A stretch of 64,000 bases of DNA. Origin: Alphaproteobacteria bacterium. GTDB taxonomy: Bacteria > Pseudomonadota > Alphaproteobacteria > Rhodobacterales > Rhodobacteraceae. The stretch is from assembly GCA_030431825.1 (NCBI GenBank), contig JAUIIJ010000003.1:108084-172083 (forward strand), given 5' to 3'. Under the pieces are notes generated by a model. The model saw nothing but the letters and a program-made list of their open reading frames with translations. It was not told where the DNA came from and did no database searches. Positions 54,599-64,000 of this stretch are shown piece after piece; within the stretch, counting starts at the first letter, position 1, and each line of letters opens with the position of its first letter. The position numbers were made by a program, and so were the translations under genes.

Positions 54599-56166
54599 TC
54601 CCATTCAATCGTTCCCGGAGGTTTGCTCGTGACATCATAGGTGACGCGGTTGATGCCCTTGACCTCGTTGATGATGCGGGTGGCGGTTTCGCCCAGGAAA
54701 TCGTGGCTGAACGGGTAGTAATCCGCCGTCATGCCATCGACCGAGGTGACCGCGCGCAGGGCGCAGGCATAGTCATAGGTGCGGCCGTCGCCCATTACGC
54801 CCACGGTGCGCACCGGAAGGATGGCCACGAATGCCTGCCAGATTTCGTCATAGAGACCATGCTTGCGGATCTGGTCGATGTAGACGGCATCCGCCTTGCG
54901 CAGGATTTCAAGCTTGTCGCGGGTGATCTCGCCGGGGCAGCGAATCGCAAGTCCGGGCCCCGGGAAGGGGTGACGGCCGATGAAGCTGGCGGGCAGGCCA
55001 AGCTCGTGACCCAGAACGCGCACCTCGTCCTTGAAGAGCTCGCGCAGCGGTTCGACCAGCCGGAGACCCATCTTCTCGGGCAATCCACCGACATTGTGGT
55101 GGCTCTTGATTGTGACGGAAGGGCCCCCCGAAAACGATACGGATTCGATCACGTCGGGATAGAGCGTGCCCTGGGCGAGGAATTCCGCACCTTCAATGGT
55201 ATCCGCGTATTTCTGGAACACGTCGATGAACAGCTTGCCGATGATCTTGCGCTTGGTTTCAGGGTCGCTGACACCCTCGAGTTCGCCGAGGAACAACGCG
55301 CTTTCATCCGCGTGGATCAGTTGCAGGTTGTAGTGTTCGCGGAACATCGACACGACTTCCTGCGCCTCGTTCATCCGCAGCAACCCGTGATCGACAAAGA
55401 CACAGGTGAGTTGTTCGCCGATGGCTTCGTGGATCAGGATCGCCGCGACCGAGCTGTCCACCCCGCCGGACAGGGCACAGATCACCTTGCGGTCGCCGAC
55501 CTGTTCGCGGATCTTGCGGATCATTTCCTCGCGATACGCGCCCATCGTCCAGTCGCCGGAGAACCCGGCGGCGCGCACAAAGTTCTCGTACAGCGTCTTG
55601 CCGTTGGGCGTGTGGTGCACTTCGGGGTGGAATTGCACCGCGTAAAAGTTGCGTGCAGGGTCTGCGGTGATCGCAAAGGGCGCACCGGGCGACGTGCCGA
55701 ACACCTGGAAACCGGGGGCGATTTCGGACACGTGATCGCCGTGGCTCATCCAGACCTGTTCGCGACCGGTGCCATCCATGAACCAGCCGTTGAGAAATTC
55801 GACGCGGGCCTCGGAGGGCGAGACGTAGGCGCGCCCGAATTCCGCGGTGGCGTGTTCGCCGGCTTCGACCCGACCGCCGAGATCGTGCATCATGACCTGC
55901 TGCCCATAGCAGATGCCCAGAATCGGCACACCGAGGTCGTAGACCGATTTGGGCGGGCGGGGACTGCCCTCGCGCATGACCGAATCCGGCCCGCCGGAAA
56001 AGATCACCGCCTTGGGCGCATACTCTGCCAGGAAGGCGTCGGTCACGTTCTGATAGGGATGGATTTCGCAATAGACATTCAATTCGCGCAGGCGACGCGC
56101 GATAAGCTGCGTTACCTGGCTGCCGAAGTCGATGATGAGAAGGCGGTCATGGCTGGTCTGGGTCAT
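54595..56166 (-). CDS. guaA: GMP synthase (glutamine-hydrolysing)
   Basis: [39 protein letters not shown]. Confidence 0.97.
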   Translation of the reverse strand: MTQTSHDRLLIIDFGSQVTQLIARRLRELNVYCEIHPYQNVTDAFLAEYAPKAVIFSGGPDSVMREGSPRPPKSVYDLGVPILGICYGQQVMMHDLGGRVEAGEHATAEFGRAYVSPSEARVEFLNGWFMDGTGREQVWMSHGDHVSEIAPGFQVFGTSPGAPFAITADPARNFYAVQFHPEVHHTPNGKTLYENFVRAAGFSGDWTMGAYREEMIRKIREQVGDRKVICALSGGVDSSVAAILIHEAIGEQLTCVFVDHGLLRMNEAQEVVSMFREHYNLQLIHADESALFLGELEGVSDPETKRKIIGKLFIDVFQKYADTIEGAEFLAQGTLYPDVIESVSFSGGPSVTIKSHHNVGGLPEKMGLRLVEPLRELFKDEVRVLGHELGLPASFIGRHPFPGPGLAIRCPGEITRDKLEILRKADAVYIDQIRKHGLYDEIWQAFVAILPVRTVGVMGDGRTYDYACALRAVTSVDGMTADYYPFSHDFLGETATRIINEVKGINRVTYDVTSKPPGTIEWE

Positions 56167-56225
56167 GTGCTGGCTTTAGGATGGAGCGGGCGGACTGGCA
56201 AGAGGAATGGCAGCACCGCGCGGCC

Positions 56226-56948
56226 TCAGCCCATCGAGTCCGAACTTTGCTTGCCCCGCTGGGTGGCTCGGCCCACGTCCACGCGATAGCTCCAGAACGC
56301 GATGGCGGACCAGGTCAGGATATAGAGGATGCCGGTCAGCACGACCACGACACCGGGCAGGGGGCCGACATCGGCGCGCCCGAGTGCCTCTTGCAGTGAG
56401 GTCACCGGGGTCGGGTGCACCGCCAGTTTGCCGGCAAAGGCGATCGACTGGATCAACAGGATCCAGAGATAGTTGCGCCGGATCCGCCGCCCGATCGCGA
56501 TCAGCAACCCGACATGATAGCGCGGGCGCATGTAGTCCTGCGCCAGCACCTGTTGCCAGTTATCCTCCATGTGAAGGTCGCCGTCATACAGCAGCGGGGC
56601 GTAGAAGTGGGTTTCCAGCCAGCGGGCGCGGGCGCGCCAGACGCTGAAATAACGGTAGCGGCGGGCTTCCAGCATCAGGAACAGGATGATGAGCACTCCG
56701 ACCAGCACCAGCGGCAGCGGCGAGGCGTCGGGCGAGGCGAACGAGATCGACAATGCGACGCCAAGGGTGACAACCGCCCAATTCGTCGTGGTATCGAGCC
56801 GGGTGCGCCAGATCGTGCTTCGGTAAACCTCGCCGCGATAGAGATGCGCGACCGCGCCGATTTCCGCCGCGTTCAGTGTCTTGCGGACTGATTCTGTTTC
56901 CGAAATGACGCCGCCCTCCCATGGCTGACCATCATAATGCCCCGCCAT
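56226..56948 (-). CDS. DUF2270 membrane protein
   Basis: HLYRGEVYRSTIWRTRLDTTTNWAV, EARRYRYF. Confidence 0.85.
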   Translation of the reverse strand: MAGHYDGQPWEGGVISETESVRKTLNAAEIGAVAHLYRGEVYRSTIWRTRLDTTTNWAVVTLGVALSISFASPDASPLPLVLVGVLIILFLMLEARRYRYFSVWRARARWLETHFYAPLLYDGDLHMEDNWQQVLAQDYMRPRYHVGLLIAIGRRIRRNYLWILLIQSIAFAGKLAVHPTPVTSLQEALGRADVGPLPGVVVVLTGILYILTWSAIAFWSYRVDVGRATQRGKQSSDSMG

Positions 56949-57083
56949 TTACCCCGGGTCAAAGCGTTCGCCAGCGGCACATATGTCGCTTTTACCCCGC
57001 ATGCGCCGCAATCTTTCCCGGCAAGGGTGTCGGGTTGCGGTAAACCACAGGCGCAGAAGCCGTTTTCAACAGGGGACGAGGGC

Positions 57084-58628
57084 ATGACCGAAGCAAGCAC
57101 CAGACGCAGGGCAAGAGGTGGCGGCGGCGCGGCGCGGCGCGCCGAGCGGACCGCGGTCAGTGTCGAAACGGCAAGGTATATTGAACGCAACATTCCGAAC
57201 TTCGAGGTTCTGACCCCCGAAGCGATCGAGATCATCGAGGCGAATGCCGAAACGGTGCTGGCCGAGATTGGCGTGAACTTCGTGAACAATCCGGCTGCGC
57301 TGGAACGCTGGCGCGCCGCCGGTGCGGAAGTGGATGGTGAACGTGTCCGGATTCCGCGCGGACTGGCGCGCAAGCTGTGCGAGACCGCGCCGTCGCGTTT
57401 CGTCCAGCACGCCCGCAACCCCGCCCGCAACGTCGAGATCGGTGGCAAGAGTTTGGTTCTCGCACCGGTTTACGGCCCCCCCTTCGTGCGCGACGCCCAC
57501 GGCGGCCGCCGCTATGCGACGATGGAGGATTTCCGCAAGTTCGTGAAACTGGGCTACATGTCCAAATGGCTGCACCATTCTGGCGGCACGGTGTGTGAAC
57601 CCACCGATATACCGGTGAACAAACGTCATCTCGACATGCTGTTCGCGCATATGACGCTGAGCGACAAACCCTTCATGGGATCGGTGACAGAGCCGAGCCG
57701 CGCACAGGATTCGGTCGATATGTGCGAGATCCTGTTCGGCAAGGACTTCGTTCAGCAGAACACGGTGATGACATCGCTGATAAACGTCAACTCTCCGCTG
57801 ACTTTCGATGACGTGATGATGGGCGCGCTCGAGGTTTATGCCCGCAACAACCAGGCCTGCATCATCTCCCCGTTCATCGTGGGAGGCGCGATGGCGCCGG
57901 TTTCGGTTGCAGGTACTCTGACGCAGGTGCTGGCCGAGGTGCTTGCCGGAATCGCCTATTCCCAGCTGATCCGACCCGGTGCGCCGGTGATCTTCGGTGC
58001 CTTCGTGACATCGATCGACATGAACAGCGGTGCGCCGACCTTCGGCACGCCCGAGGCCAGTCAGATCCTTTATGGGGCTGGTCAACTGGCGCGACGCCTG
58101 GGCCTGCCGTTCCGCTCGGGCGGTGGCCTCTGTGCGTCAAAACTGCCCGATGCACAGGCGGCCTATGAAACCGCAAATACGCTGAACGCGGCGCTTCTCG
58201 GCGGGGTGAATTTCATGTTGCACGCCTGCGGCTGGCTGGAGGGCGGTCTGGTCAGCAGCTTTGAGAAGTTCGTGCTCGACGCGGATCAGCTTGGCGTCTT
58301 GCACAAGCTCGCGCAGGGCGTGAGCGCAGACGAGAATGCACAGGCCCTCGGGGCGATTTCCGAGGTTGGCCCGGGAGGTCACTATCTTGGGTGCGAGCAT
58401 ACGCAAGCGAATTTCAAGACGGCGTTCTGGCGCTCGGAAGTGTTTGATTACAAACCCTTTGAAACCTGGGAAGAAGAGGGCGCCCGCGATTCGCAGACGC
58501 TGGCGTCGCTTCGTGTGGCGCGCCTGCTGGAGACCTACCAGCAGCCGGCAATCGACCCGGCAATCCAGGCCGAACTGGAAGCCTATGTCGCAGCCAAGAA
58601 AGACTCGATGCCGGACGCCTTCATGTAA
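57084..58628 (+). CDS. MttB-superfamily (non-pyrrolysine) trimethylamine/glycine-betaine-type methyltransferase
   Basis: RRARGGGGAARRAER, NVNSPL, PTFGTPE, ASKLPDAQA, HACGWLEGGL; no in-frame TAG. Confidence 0.9.
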   Translation: MTEASTRRRARGGGGAARRAERTAVSVETARYIERNIPNFEVLTPEAIEIIEANAETVLAEIGVNFVNNPAALERWRAAGAEVDGERVRIPRGLARKLCETAPSRFVQHARNPARNVEIGGKSLVLAPVYGPPFVRDAHGGRRYATMEDFRKFVKLGYMSKWLHHSGGTVCEPTDIPVNKRHLDMLFAHMTLSDKPFMGSVTEPSRAQDSVDMCEILFGKDFVQQNTVMTSLINVNSPLTFDDVMMGALEVYARNNQACIISPFIVGGAMAPVSVAGTLTQVLAEVLAGIAYSQLIRPGAPVIFGAFVTSIDMNSGAPTFGTPEASQILYGAGQLARRLGLPFRSGGGLCASKLPDAQAAYETANTLNAALLGGVNFMLHACGWLEGGLVSSFEKFVLDADQLGVLHKLAQGVSADENAQALGAISEVGPGGHYLGCEHTQANFKTAFWRSEVFDYKPFETWEEEGARDSQTLASLRVARLLETYQQPAIDPAIQAELEAYVAAKKDSMPDAFM

Positions 58629-58920
58629 CGGGTTCCGACCGGGCGGAGCGTAGCAGCTCGGCTTCGCCCATCATCGCGATCAGCACATCGACATGCCGCG
58701 CGAGCGCATAGCCCGCGTCATCGCTGTTGCGCTGATCGTTCAGGGTGCGCTCGATTTCCATCAGCCGCATGATCGCCGCCGCGGGGCGCGGCAGCGTGCC
58801 ATAACCGAGCAGACGCTGCAGGTGCCGGTCACGGCGATATTCCCGCGCGCCGAATTGCGCCGCGCGGATCAAAAGCTGTGGGCGGCGCAAGGCACTCAAC
58901 ATGCTCATTACATCTTGCAT
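58621..58920 (-). CDS. gafB: DUF6477 protein (GafB-like partner of gafA)
   Basis: LRRPQLLIRAA..Y.R.RHL..Y...RHVDVLIAMMGEA; divergent from gafA. Confidence 0.7.
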   Translation of the reverse strand: MQDVMSMLSALRRPQLLIRAAQFGAREYRRDRHLQRLLGYGTLPRPAAAIMRLMEIERTLNDQRNSDDAGYALARHVDVLIAMMGEAELLRSARSEPVT

Positions 58921-59066
58921 TTTCCGAAATCCCTTTCCCTCGTTTTCCTGATGGGACAGATCTATCGCACAACTCTCACGGGTGTTGCGCTCATCGCGAT
59001 ACCAGCGCGCGCGGGTTTCACTACTGTTTATCATTTAAAAACAATGGTGAACGGGAGGGTGCTCCA

Positions 59067-59120
59067 TTAACTCCAGAGTAATAGAATCGCCCATAGGTTG
59101 TTGGTTAATGAAGAGGTAAC
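59067..59120. promoter_or_regulatory. Two CtrA-like boxes in the gafA/gafB divergent promoter
   Basis: TTAA-N7-GTAA at 59067-59081 and GTTAA-N7-GTAAC at 59104-59120; AT-rich spacer. Confidence 0.7.
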
Positions 59121-59155
59121 CGACACTGCCCTGGCGATTTCGAGGACGGATCAAC

Positions 59156-60307
59156 ATGGGAAATCAAGTTGTAACGGCGCTGCCAAACTGGGTTCCGGAG
59201 ACCGTTCAGCGGTATCTTGCCCATACCGAAGCCGGCCAACCGATCCGTGATCTGGCCCGGAATGCGAGCTGCCACGCCTCTACGGTCCTGCGACAAATCC
59301 GCAAGGTCGAGACCCGCCGCGACGATCCGCTTGTCGATGCGGCACTTGCGACGCTCGCGGACCTTCATTTTTCAATGCCCCGGCGCAGCGCCCAGATTTG
59401 GCGCGGCCCGGCAACAGTGACAAAGGAAACGACATCAATGAGCCATAGCGCAAAAATCCGGGTTCCGACGCCAGATGCGGCCACGCTTGAGATCGAAGCG
59501 CGCCGCGTCTTGCGGCGCCTGTGCGAAAACGGCGCCGTGCTGGCGGTTGCAGAGAACATGGAGAAGGCGGTGATCGTGCGTGACGGGGATGGCGTGACAA
59601 CCACCCGAACCGCAGTTGTGGATTGCGAGATTGCCCAGGCCATGGCACTGAAAGACTGGATTTCATGTGCCAATCCGGGGCGGGTCAGCCGCTATCGCAT
59701 CACTGCGGCCGGGCGCGCCGCGCTGGGGCAACTGCTGGCAGAGCAGGAAAACCGCGCCCGGCAGGAAAAAGAGAGCGGATTTGCCGAAGCCCAGGCGCCT
59801 TTCCTGGTCGCGGGCGAGGCGGGGCCGGCAATGCCCCGCAACGCGGCCACGCCGCCGCGCCGTACCCGATACAACCTGTCCGAAAGCCCGTTGATCGCGT
59901 TGGCCCGGCGCAAGGATCGCGATGGCAAGCCATTTCTCGACGACGAGCTGGTGCGCGCCGGCGAACGGTTGCGCGAAGACTTCGAACTCGCCCAGATGGG
60001 TCCGCGCGTCGCACAGAACTGGGATCGCTTTCTGACCGGCGGTGCGCGCGGCGGGTTCGACGCGGGGTGCGACACGCCCTCACGCCCTTCGGAAGCGCGC
60101 GACCGGGTGGCGCGGGCACTGTCCGATCTGGGTCCGGGATTGAGCGACGTGGCGCTGCGGTGCTGCTGCTATCTCGAGGGGCTGGAAACCGCCGAGAAAA
60201 AGATGGGCTGGTCCGCGCGCTCGGGCAAGATCGTCCTGCGCATCGCGCTGCAACGTCTCAAACATCACTATGACGGGCAGAACGAGCCCGACCGCATGAT
60301 CGGCTAG
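59156..60307 (+). CDS. gafA: Gene transfer agent transcriptional activator GafA (HTH + DUF6456)
   Basis: N-terminal HTH IRDLAR..CHASTVLRQIRKVE.RRDDP; ESPL..LARR; AGERLREDFE; C-terminal EGLE.AEK.MGWSARSGKIVLRIAL; lies between guaA and lipA. Confidence 0.88.
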   Translation: MGNQVVTALPNWVPETVQRYLAHTEAGQPIRDLARNASCHASTVLRQIRKVETRRDDPLVDAALATLADLHFSMPRRSAQIWRGPATVTKETTSMSHSAKIRVPTPDAATLEIEARRVLRRLCENGAVLAVAENMEKAVIVRDGDGVTTTRTAVVDCEIAQAMALKDWISCANPGRVSRYRITAAGRAALGQLLAEQENRARQEKESGFAEAQAPFLVAGEAGPAMPRNAATPPRRTRYNLSESPLIALARRKDRDGKPFLDDELVRAGERLREDFELAQMGPRVAQNWDRFLTGGARGGFDAGCDTPSRPSEARDRVARALSDLGPGLSDVALRCCCYLEGLETAEKKMGWSARSGKIVLRIALQRLKHHYDGQNEPDRMIG

Positions 60308-60331
60308 CGTCCGACCGTGCCGACCGACACG

Positions 60332-61318
60332 TCACAGTTTGCTGTCGGCTTCGTCAACCAGATCTTCCGCTTCGTTATATGCATCCTCGGCGGCCTTGTG
60401 CTGATCGGCGACGGATTTGATGAGGCTCTTCATCTTGCTCTGATCGTCATGCGCGGCGATCAGTTTGGCCTGCTTCTTCTGCGCGGTCTGCAAATCCTTG
60501 TTTAGGCTTTCGAGCGTTTTCAGATGCACGGAAGCCTTTTTCAGCCAGGATTTGGCGCTTTGAACATCTTTCTCCAACTGCTTCTTGCCCGGAACATCCG
60601 ACGGTATCGTCTCGAATTTCTGCGTGGCACACAGCAGGCGGGCCTGTTTCGTGCATTTTTCGACGTTGCGAGCCAGCCGTTTGGTCTTGTTATCGACCTG
60701 TTGCCGCTTGGGGTTTTCCAGCAACATATCCGGCAATTCGTCGCCTTTGACCGCCTTGAGCGCCTTCGTGACAACCGCATCTCTCGATTTCTTGAGATTT
60801 GCGCCGAAGAATGCCTCCTTGGCCTGCAATGTTCCAAATGCGTCTTTCGACGTGGCCAGATCGGCGAGAATCGCGGTCGCCTTGTCGGTGCATTTCCTGA
60901 GCGTCTTGTTTGACCGTGCCGTTTGCCCGGCCTTTTTCATCTCTTTCTCGAATTCGTCATGGGTGCGCTTGAAGTCCTGAAACCGCTTTTTGGCATGCGC
61001 ACTATGCTCATCGAGAGACGTGACCAGCGCCTGTTGTTCGCCCAGCGAGGCCTCCCAGCCGGCCAGGGCCTTCTTGAAATCGTTGTCCGAGAGAAAGTCC
61101 TTCCATGTTTTGCCGGTGACGCCCTTCTTGATGGCCGCCGGGATGCTGTCGGACAACTTGTCCTCGAGGTCATAGGCCGTTTTGCGGTTGGCCTTCATTT
61201 TCGATTTGAGTGCCGCCCCCTTGCCCGGCGGACAGACCCGGGCGACTTCCTTTTCCATCGCGATACACTTCTTTTCGAAGACCTTTGCCTTCAGTTCCCA
61301 GGATTCAATATTCGGCAC
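60332..61318 (-). CDS. Hypothetical Lys-rich alpha-helical/coiled-coil protein
   Basis: 328-aa ORF, GTG start with GAGGTG RBS, about 55 Lys; fills the gafA-lipA gap. Confidence 0.7.
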   Translation of the reverse strand: MPNIESWELKAKVFEKKCIAMEKEVARVCPPGKGAALKSKMKANRKTAYDLEDKLSDSIPAAIKKGVTGKTWKDFLSDNDFKKALAGWEASLGEQQALVTSLDEHSAHAKKRFQDFKRTHDEFEKEMKKAGQTARSNKTLRKCTDKATAILADLATSKDAFGTLQAKEAFFGANLKKSRDAVVTKALKAVKGDELPDMLLENPKRQQVDNKTKRLARNVEKCTKQARLLCATQKFETIPSDVPGKKQLEKDVQSAKSWLKKASVHLKTLESLNKDLQTAQKKQAKLIAAHDDQSKMKSLIKSVADQHKAAEDAYNEAEDLVDEADSKL

Positions 61319-61537
61319 AGGGCACCTCGCTTTCGCTTTGACTGCGGACAGACCGGTTTCGGCCGGACATCACAGCATCCGGGAATCAGTATTGCGGCGG
61401 AGCGGGCGTCAGACAAGGAACTGGTTCACACAAGGGAAGCGGGTCCGAATGCATAGCACCCATGTGCCGCTGGCGGTTCTCATGACGCCGCGTTATGTTA
61501 GGTAGCACTGCAACCGCCGCAACAGACCGGAACCCAC

Positions 61538-62491
61538 ATGACGCGAGACCTGAAAATTCCCGAACAGCGCCATCCGGAAAAGGCGCATCGTCCGGACAAT
61601 GCACAGCCGAAAAAGCCAGCATGGATTCGCGTGAAGGCACCGGGCGGCAAGGGGTATGCGGACACGCGCAAGATCATGCGCGACAATAATCTCGTGACCG
61701 TCTGCGAAGAGGCAGGGTGTCCCAATGTCGGCGAATGCTGGAGCCAGGGGCACGCCACCATGATGATCATGGGCGAAATCTGTACTCGCGGTTGTACCTT
61801 CTGCAATATCGCCACGGGGCGACCGGATACGCTGGACGCGTTCGAGCCGGGCCGCGTGGCGCATGCGGTGGAAAAACTCGGACTGAACCATGTGGTGATT
61901 ACCTCGGTGGATCGCGACGATCTTCAGGATGGCGGCGCCGAACATTTCGCCCAGACCATTCGTGCGATCCGGCATCGCAGCCCGAAAACCACGATCGAGA
62001 TTCTGACGCCGGACTTTCTTAAATGTGACCCGTCGGTTCTCGATACCGTGGTCGAGGCGCGGCCCGATGTGTTCAACCACAATCTTGAAACGGTGCCGGG
62101 GCTTTATCCGACCGTGCGTCCGGGCGCGCGCTATTTCCATTCGCTGCGGCTGTTACAGCGGGTCAAGGAGCTGGACCCCGCGATTTTCACCAAGTCCGGG
62201 ATCATGGTCGGTCTGGGAGAAGACAGCCAGGCGGTGAAGCAGGTGATGGATGACATGCGCGCCGCAGATGTGGATTTCCTCACCATCGGGCAATATTTGC
62301 AGCCGACGCCCAAGCATCACCGGGTGGATCGTTTCGTGACGCCGGAGGAATTCGAAAGTTACGAAAAGGCCGCGTTCGGCAAGGGCTTCCTGATGGTTTC
62401 GGCCACGCCGCTGACCCGCTCGTCATACCACGCGGGGGATGATTTCGCCCGCCTGCGCGACGCGCGCCAGGCGAAGCTGGGTCTCGCCTGA
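61538..62491 (+). CDS. lipA: Lipoyl synthase
   Basis: [33 protein letters not shown]. Confidence 0.97.
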   Translation: MTRDLKIPEQRHPEKAHRPDNAQPKKPAWIRVKAPGGKGYADTRKIMRDNNLVTVCEEAGCPNVGECWSQGHATMMIMGEICTRGCTFCNIATGRPDTLDAFEPGRVAHAVEKLGLNHVVITSVDRDDLQDGGAEHFAQTIRAIRHRSPKTTIEILTPDFLKCDPSVLDTVVEARPDVFNHNLETVPGLYPTVRPGARYFHSLRLLQRVKELDPAIFTKSGIMVGLGEDSQAVKQVMDDMRAADVDFLTIGQYLQPTPKHHRVDRFVTPEEFESYEKAAFGKGFLMVSATPLTRSSYHAGDDFARLRDARQAKLGLA

Positions 62492-62609
62492 AGATTTCCG
62501 CCCGCGCCTTGTTTCCCGGCTCCGGGGACGCTCTCAAGCGTGGTTGCCATCCGCCGTCTCGCACGCACCAAAGCACGGCCGCCGCATAGTACAGCGGGTT
62601 TCAGGGGTT

Positions 62610-63158
62610 TCACGAAGCTCTCTCGGTGAATCGTACCTTGCCGATATAGGGAAGGTTCCGGTTGCGTTGCGCAAAGTCGATGCCATAGCCGACCACAAAT
62701 TCGTCAGGGATTTCGAAACCGATCCAGTCGGCGCGAAAATCGACCTCACGCCGACTCGGCTTGTCGAGCAACGCGATGGATTTCAGGCGGGCGGGCTTGC
62801 GGCTGGTCAGCAGGCCGATGACATGGTTCAGCGTGTGCCCGGTATCGACGATATCCTCGACAACCAGCACGTCACGACCTTCGATTGCGCCGCGCAGATC
62901 CTTGAGAATGCGGACCTCGCGGCTGCTTTCGGTGCTGTCGCCATAGGATGACGCCTCGAGGAAATCGACCTCGATCGGCAGGTCGAGCTCGCGAACAAGG
63001 TCGGCAATGAACACAAAACTCCCCCGCAGCAGCCCGACCACCACCAGCTTGTCGGTGTCGGAAAACTCGCGGCGGATCTTCCGGCACAAATCTTCGATGC
63101 GCGCCGCAATCGCCTTGGCGGAAATCAGTTCGTCGATGACATATGGCCGCTCTGCCAT
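62610..63158 (-). CDS. hpt: Hypoxanthine phosphoribosyltransferase
   Basis: [18 protein letters not shown] motif, [15 protein letters not shown]. Confidence 0.95.
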   Translation of the reverse strand: MAERPYVIDELISAKAIAARIEDLCRKIRREFSDTDKLVVVGLLRGSFVFIADLVRELDLPIEVDFLEASSYGDSTESSREVRILKDLRGAIEGRDVLVVEDIVDTGHTLNHVIGLLTSRKPARLKSIALLDKPSRREVDFRADWIGFEIPDEFVVGYGIDFAQRNRNLPYIGKVRFTERAS

Positions 63159-63235
63159 GGTCCCCCCTTGATCTTTTGGGCCAATCATACGACACGACGC
63201 GCGACTGTCATCCACGAACTGCCGGACCCGAAAAC

Positions 63236-63694
63236 ATGCCAAGCCATTCGGAAACCCGACCCATGCCGTACACTGCCGAACAGATGTACGATCTTGTCGC
63301 GGATGTGGCGTCTTATCCCCGTTTCCTGCCGTGGTGTGCCGCAGCCCGCGTGCGCAGCGTCAAACCGGAAGGCGACTCCGAGGTGATGGAAGCGGACCTC
63401 GTGATCAGCTTCAAGGTCTTCCGCGAACGCTTTGGCAGCCGCGTGACGCTCTGGCCCGCGCAAAAGAAGATCGACACCGAATATATCGACGGGCCGTTCA
63501 AGTTCATGAAGTCGAACTGGGCGTTCAGGGATACGGCAACCGGATGCGACGTGTCGTTCCGCGTGGACTTCGAATTCAAGAACGCGATCCTGCAACGGGT
63601 CATCGGGCTGGTTTTCAACGAGGCGATGCAGCGTATCGTGCGGGCCTTCGAGGCACGGGCCGCAGAGCTTTACGGCCCCGCCGAACAGAGTTAG
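63236..63694 (+). CDS. ratA: RatA/PasT (Coq10/START-fold) family protein
   Basis: [29 protein letters not shown]. Confidence 0.88.
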   Translation: MPSHSETRPMPYTAEQMYDLVADVASYPRFLPWCAAARVRSVKPEGDSEVMEADLVISFKVFRERFGSRVTLWPAQKKIDTEYIDGPFKFMKSNWAFRDTATGCDVSFRVDFEFKNAILQRVIGLVFNEAMQRIVRAFEARAAELYGPAEQS

Positions 63695-63722
63695 CCGCGC
63701 GCCGCTTGATCGTGTGACGGTG

Positions 63723-64000
63723 CTATGTGCCAGGGGGCTGACCGCGTTCCGATAATGCGGTCATCAGAAGCGTCAGGGCGTGATCGCGGGCGGCGCTGCG
63801 CACCTGCGCGCGTCCCCGTGCGCCAAACTCCACGGTTTCGGTGAAAGTGGCATGCCCCGTCATCGCCATCCCGAAGCAGACCCGCCCCTCGGGTTTGAAT
63901 TCCGAACCGCCCGGACCCGCGATGCCGGTGATCGACACCACGAGATCGGCGCCCGAGCGGTCAAGCGCGCCATCCGCCATTTCCCGTGCAACTTCTTCGG
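63723..64000 (-). CDS. cinA: CinA/PncC family protein, 3' part (5' end off window)
   Basis: SITGIAGPGG...KPEGRVCFG, R.QVR. Confidence 0.88.
   Translation of the reverse strand, partial: EEVAREMADGALDRSGADLVVSITGIAGPGGSEFKPEGRVCFGMAMTGHATFTETVEFGARGRAQVRSAARDHALTLLMTALSERGQPPGT

Noticed and set aside
57084-58628. Pyrrolysine recoding in mttB
   Set aside because: The ORF is continuous with no in-frame amber codon, and there are no pyl genes
63236-63694. Toxin-antitoxin system
   Set aside because: No ratB/pasI partner; RatA/PasT is a Coq10-like START protein in core hpt/cinA context

Overview
High-GC alphaproteobacterial chromosome segment, almost certainly Rhodobacteraceae/Roseobacter group, judged from dddP, gafA/gafB between guaA and lipA, and ccmABCDG behind yajC-secDF. 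It is mostly core genes: der/bamB/yfgM, serS, yajC-secD-secF, ccmABCDG, acnA, purB, bioY, exbB-exbD-exbD-tonB, ppk2, metA, guaA, lipA, hpt, ratA and cinA. Small accessory inserts lie between them. (1) A DUF2235 lipase-like gene and a Hint-domain gene are bracketed by two inverted copies of a 107-bp MITE-like element; a third partial copy sits at the SDR stop codon. (2) A membrane-anchored pentapeptide-repeat protein has 13 near-identical 30-bp tandem units. (3) A tiny secreted Cys peptide and a secreted TPR protein share one C..G..WD-x5-CV motif. (4) An orphan RTX protein. (5) An AT-richer GT11-like glycosyltransferase is coupled to the guaA stop. (6) A very Lys-rich helical orphan lies between gafA and lipA. 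Visible regulatory sites are two CtrA-like boxes at gafA/gafB, an FNR/FnrL box with a correctly spaced -10 before a 4-Cys DUF6455 gene, and duplicated iron-regulator-like boxes before exbB. No rRNA, tRNA, CRISPR array, integrase or transposase was found. All family calls come from motif recognition by eye, not database searches.
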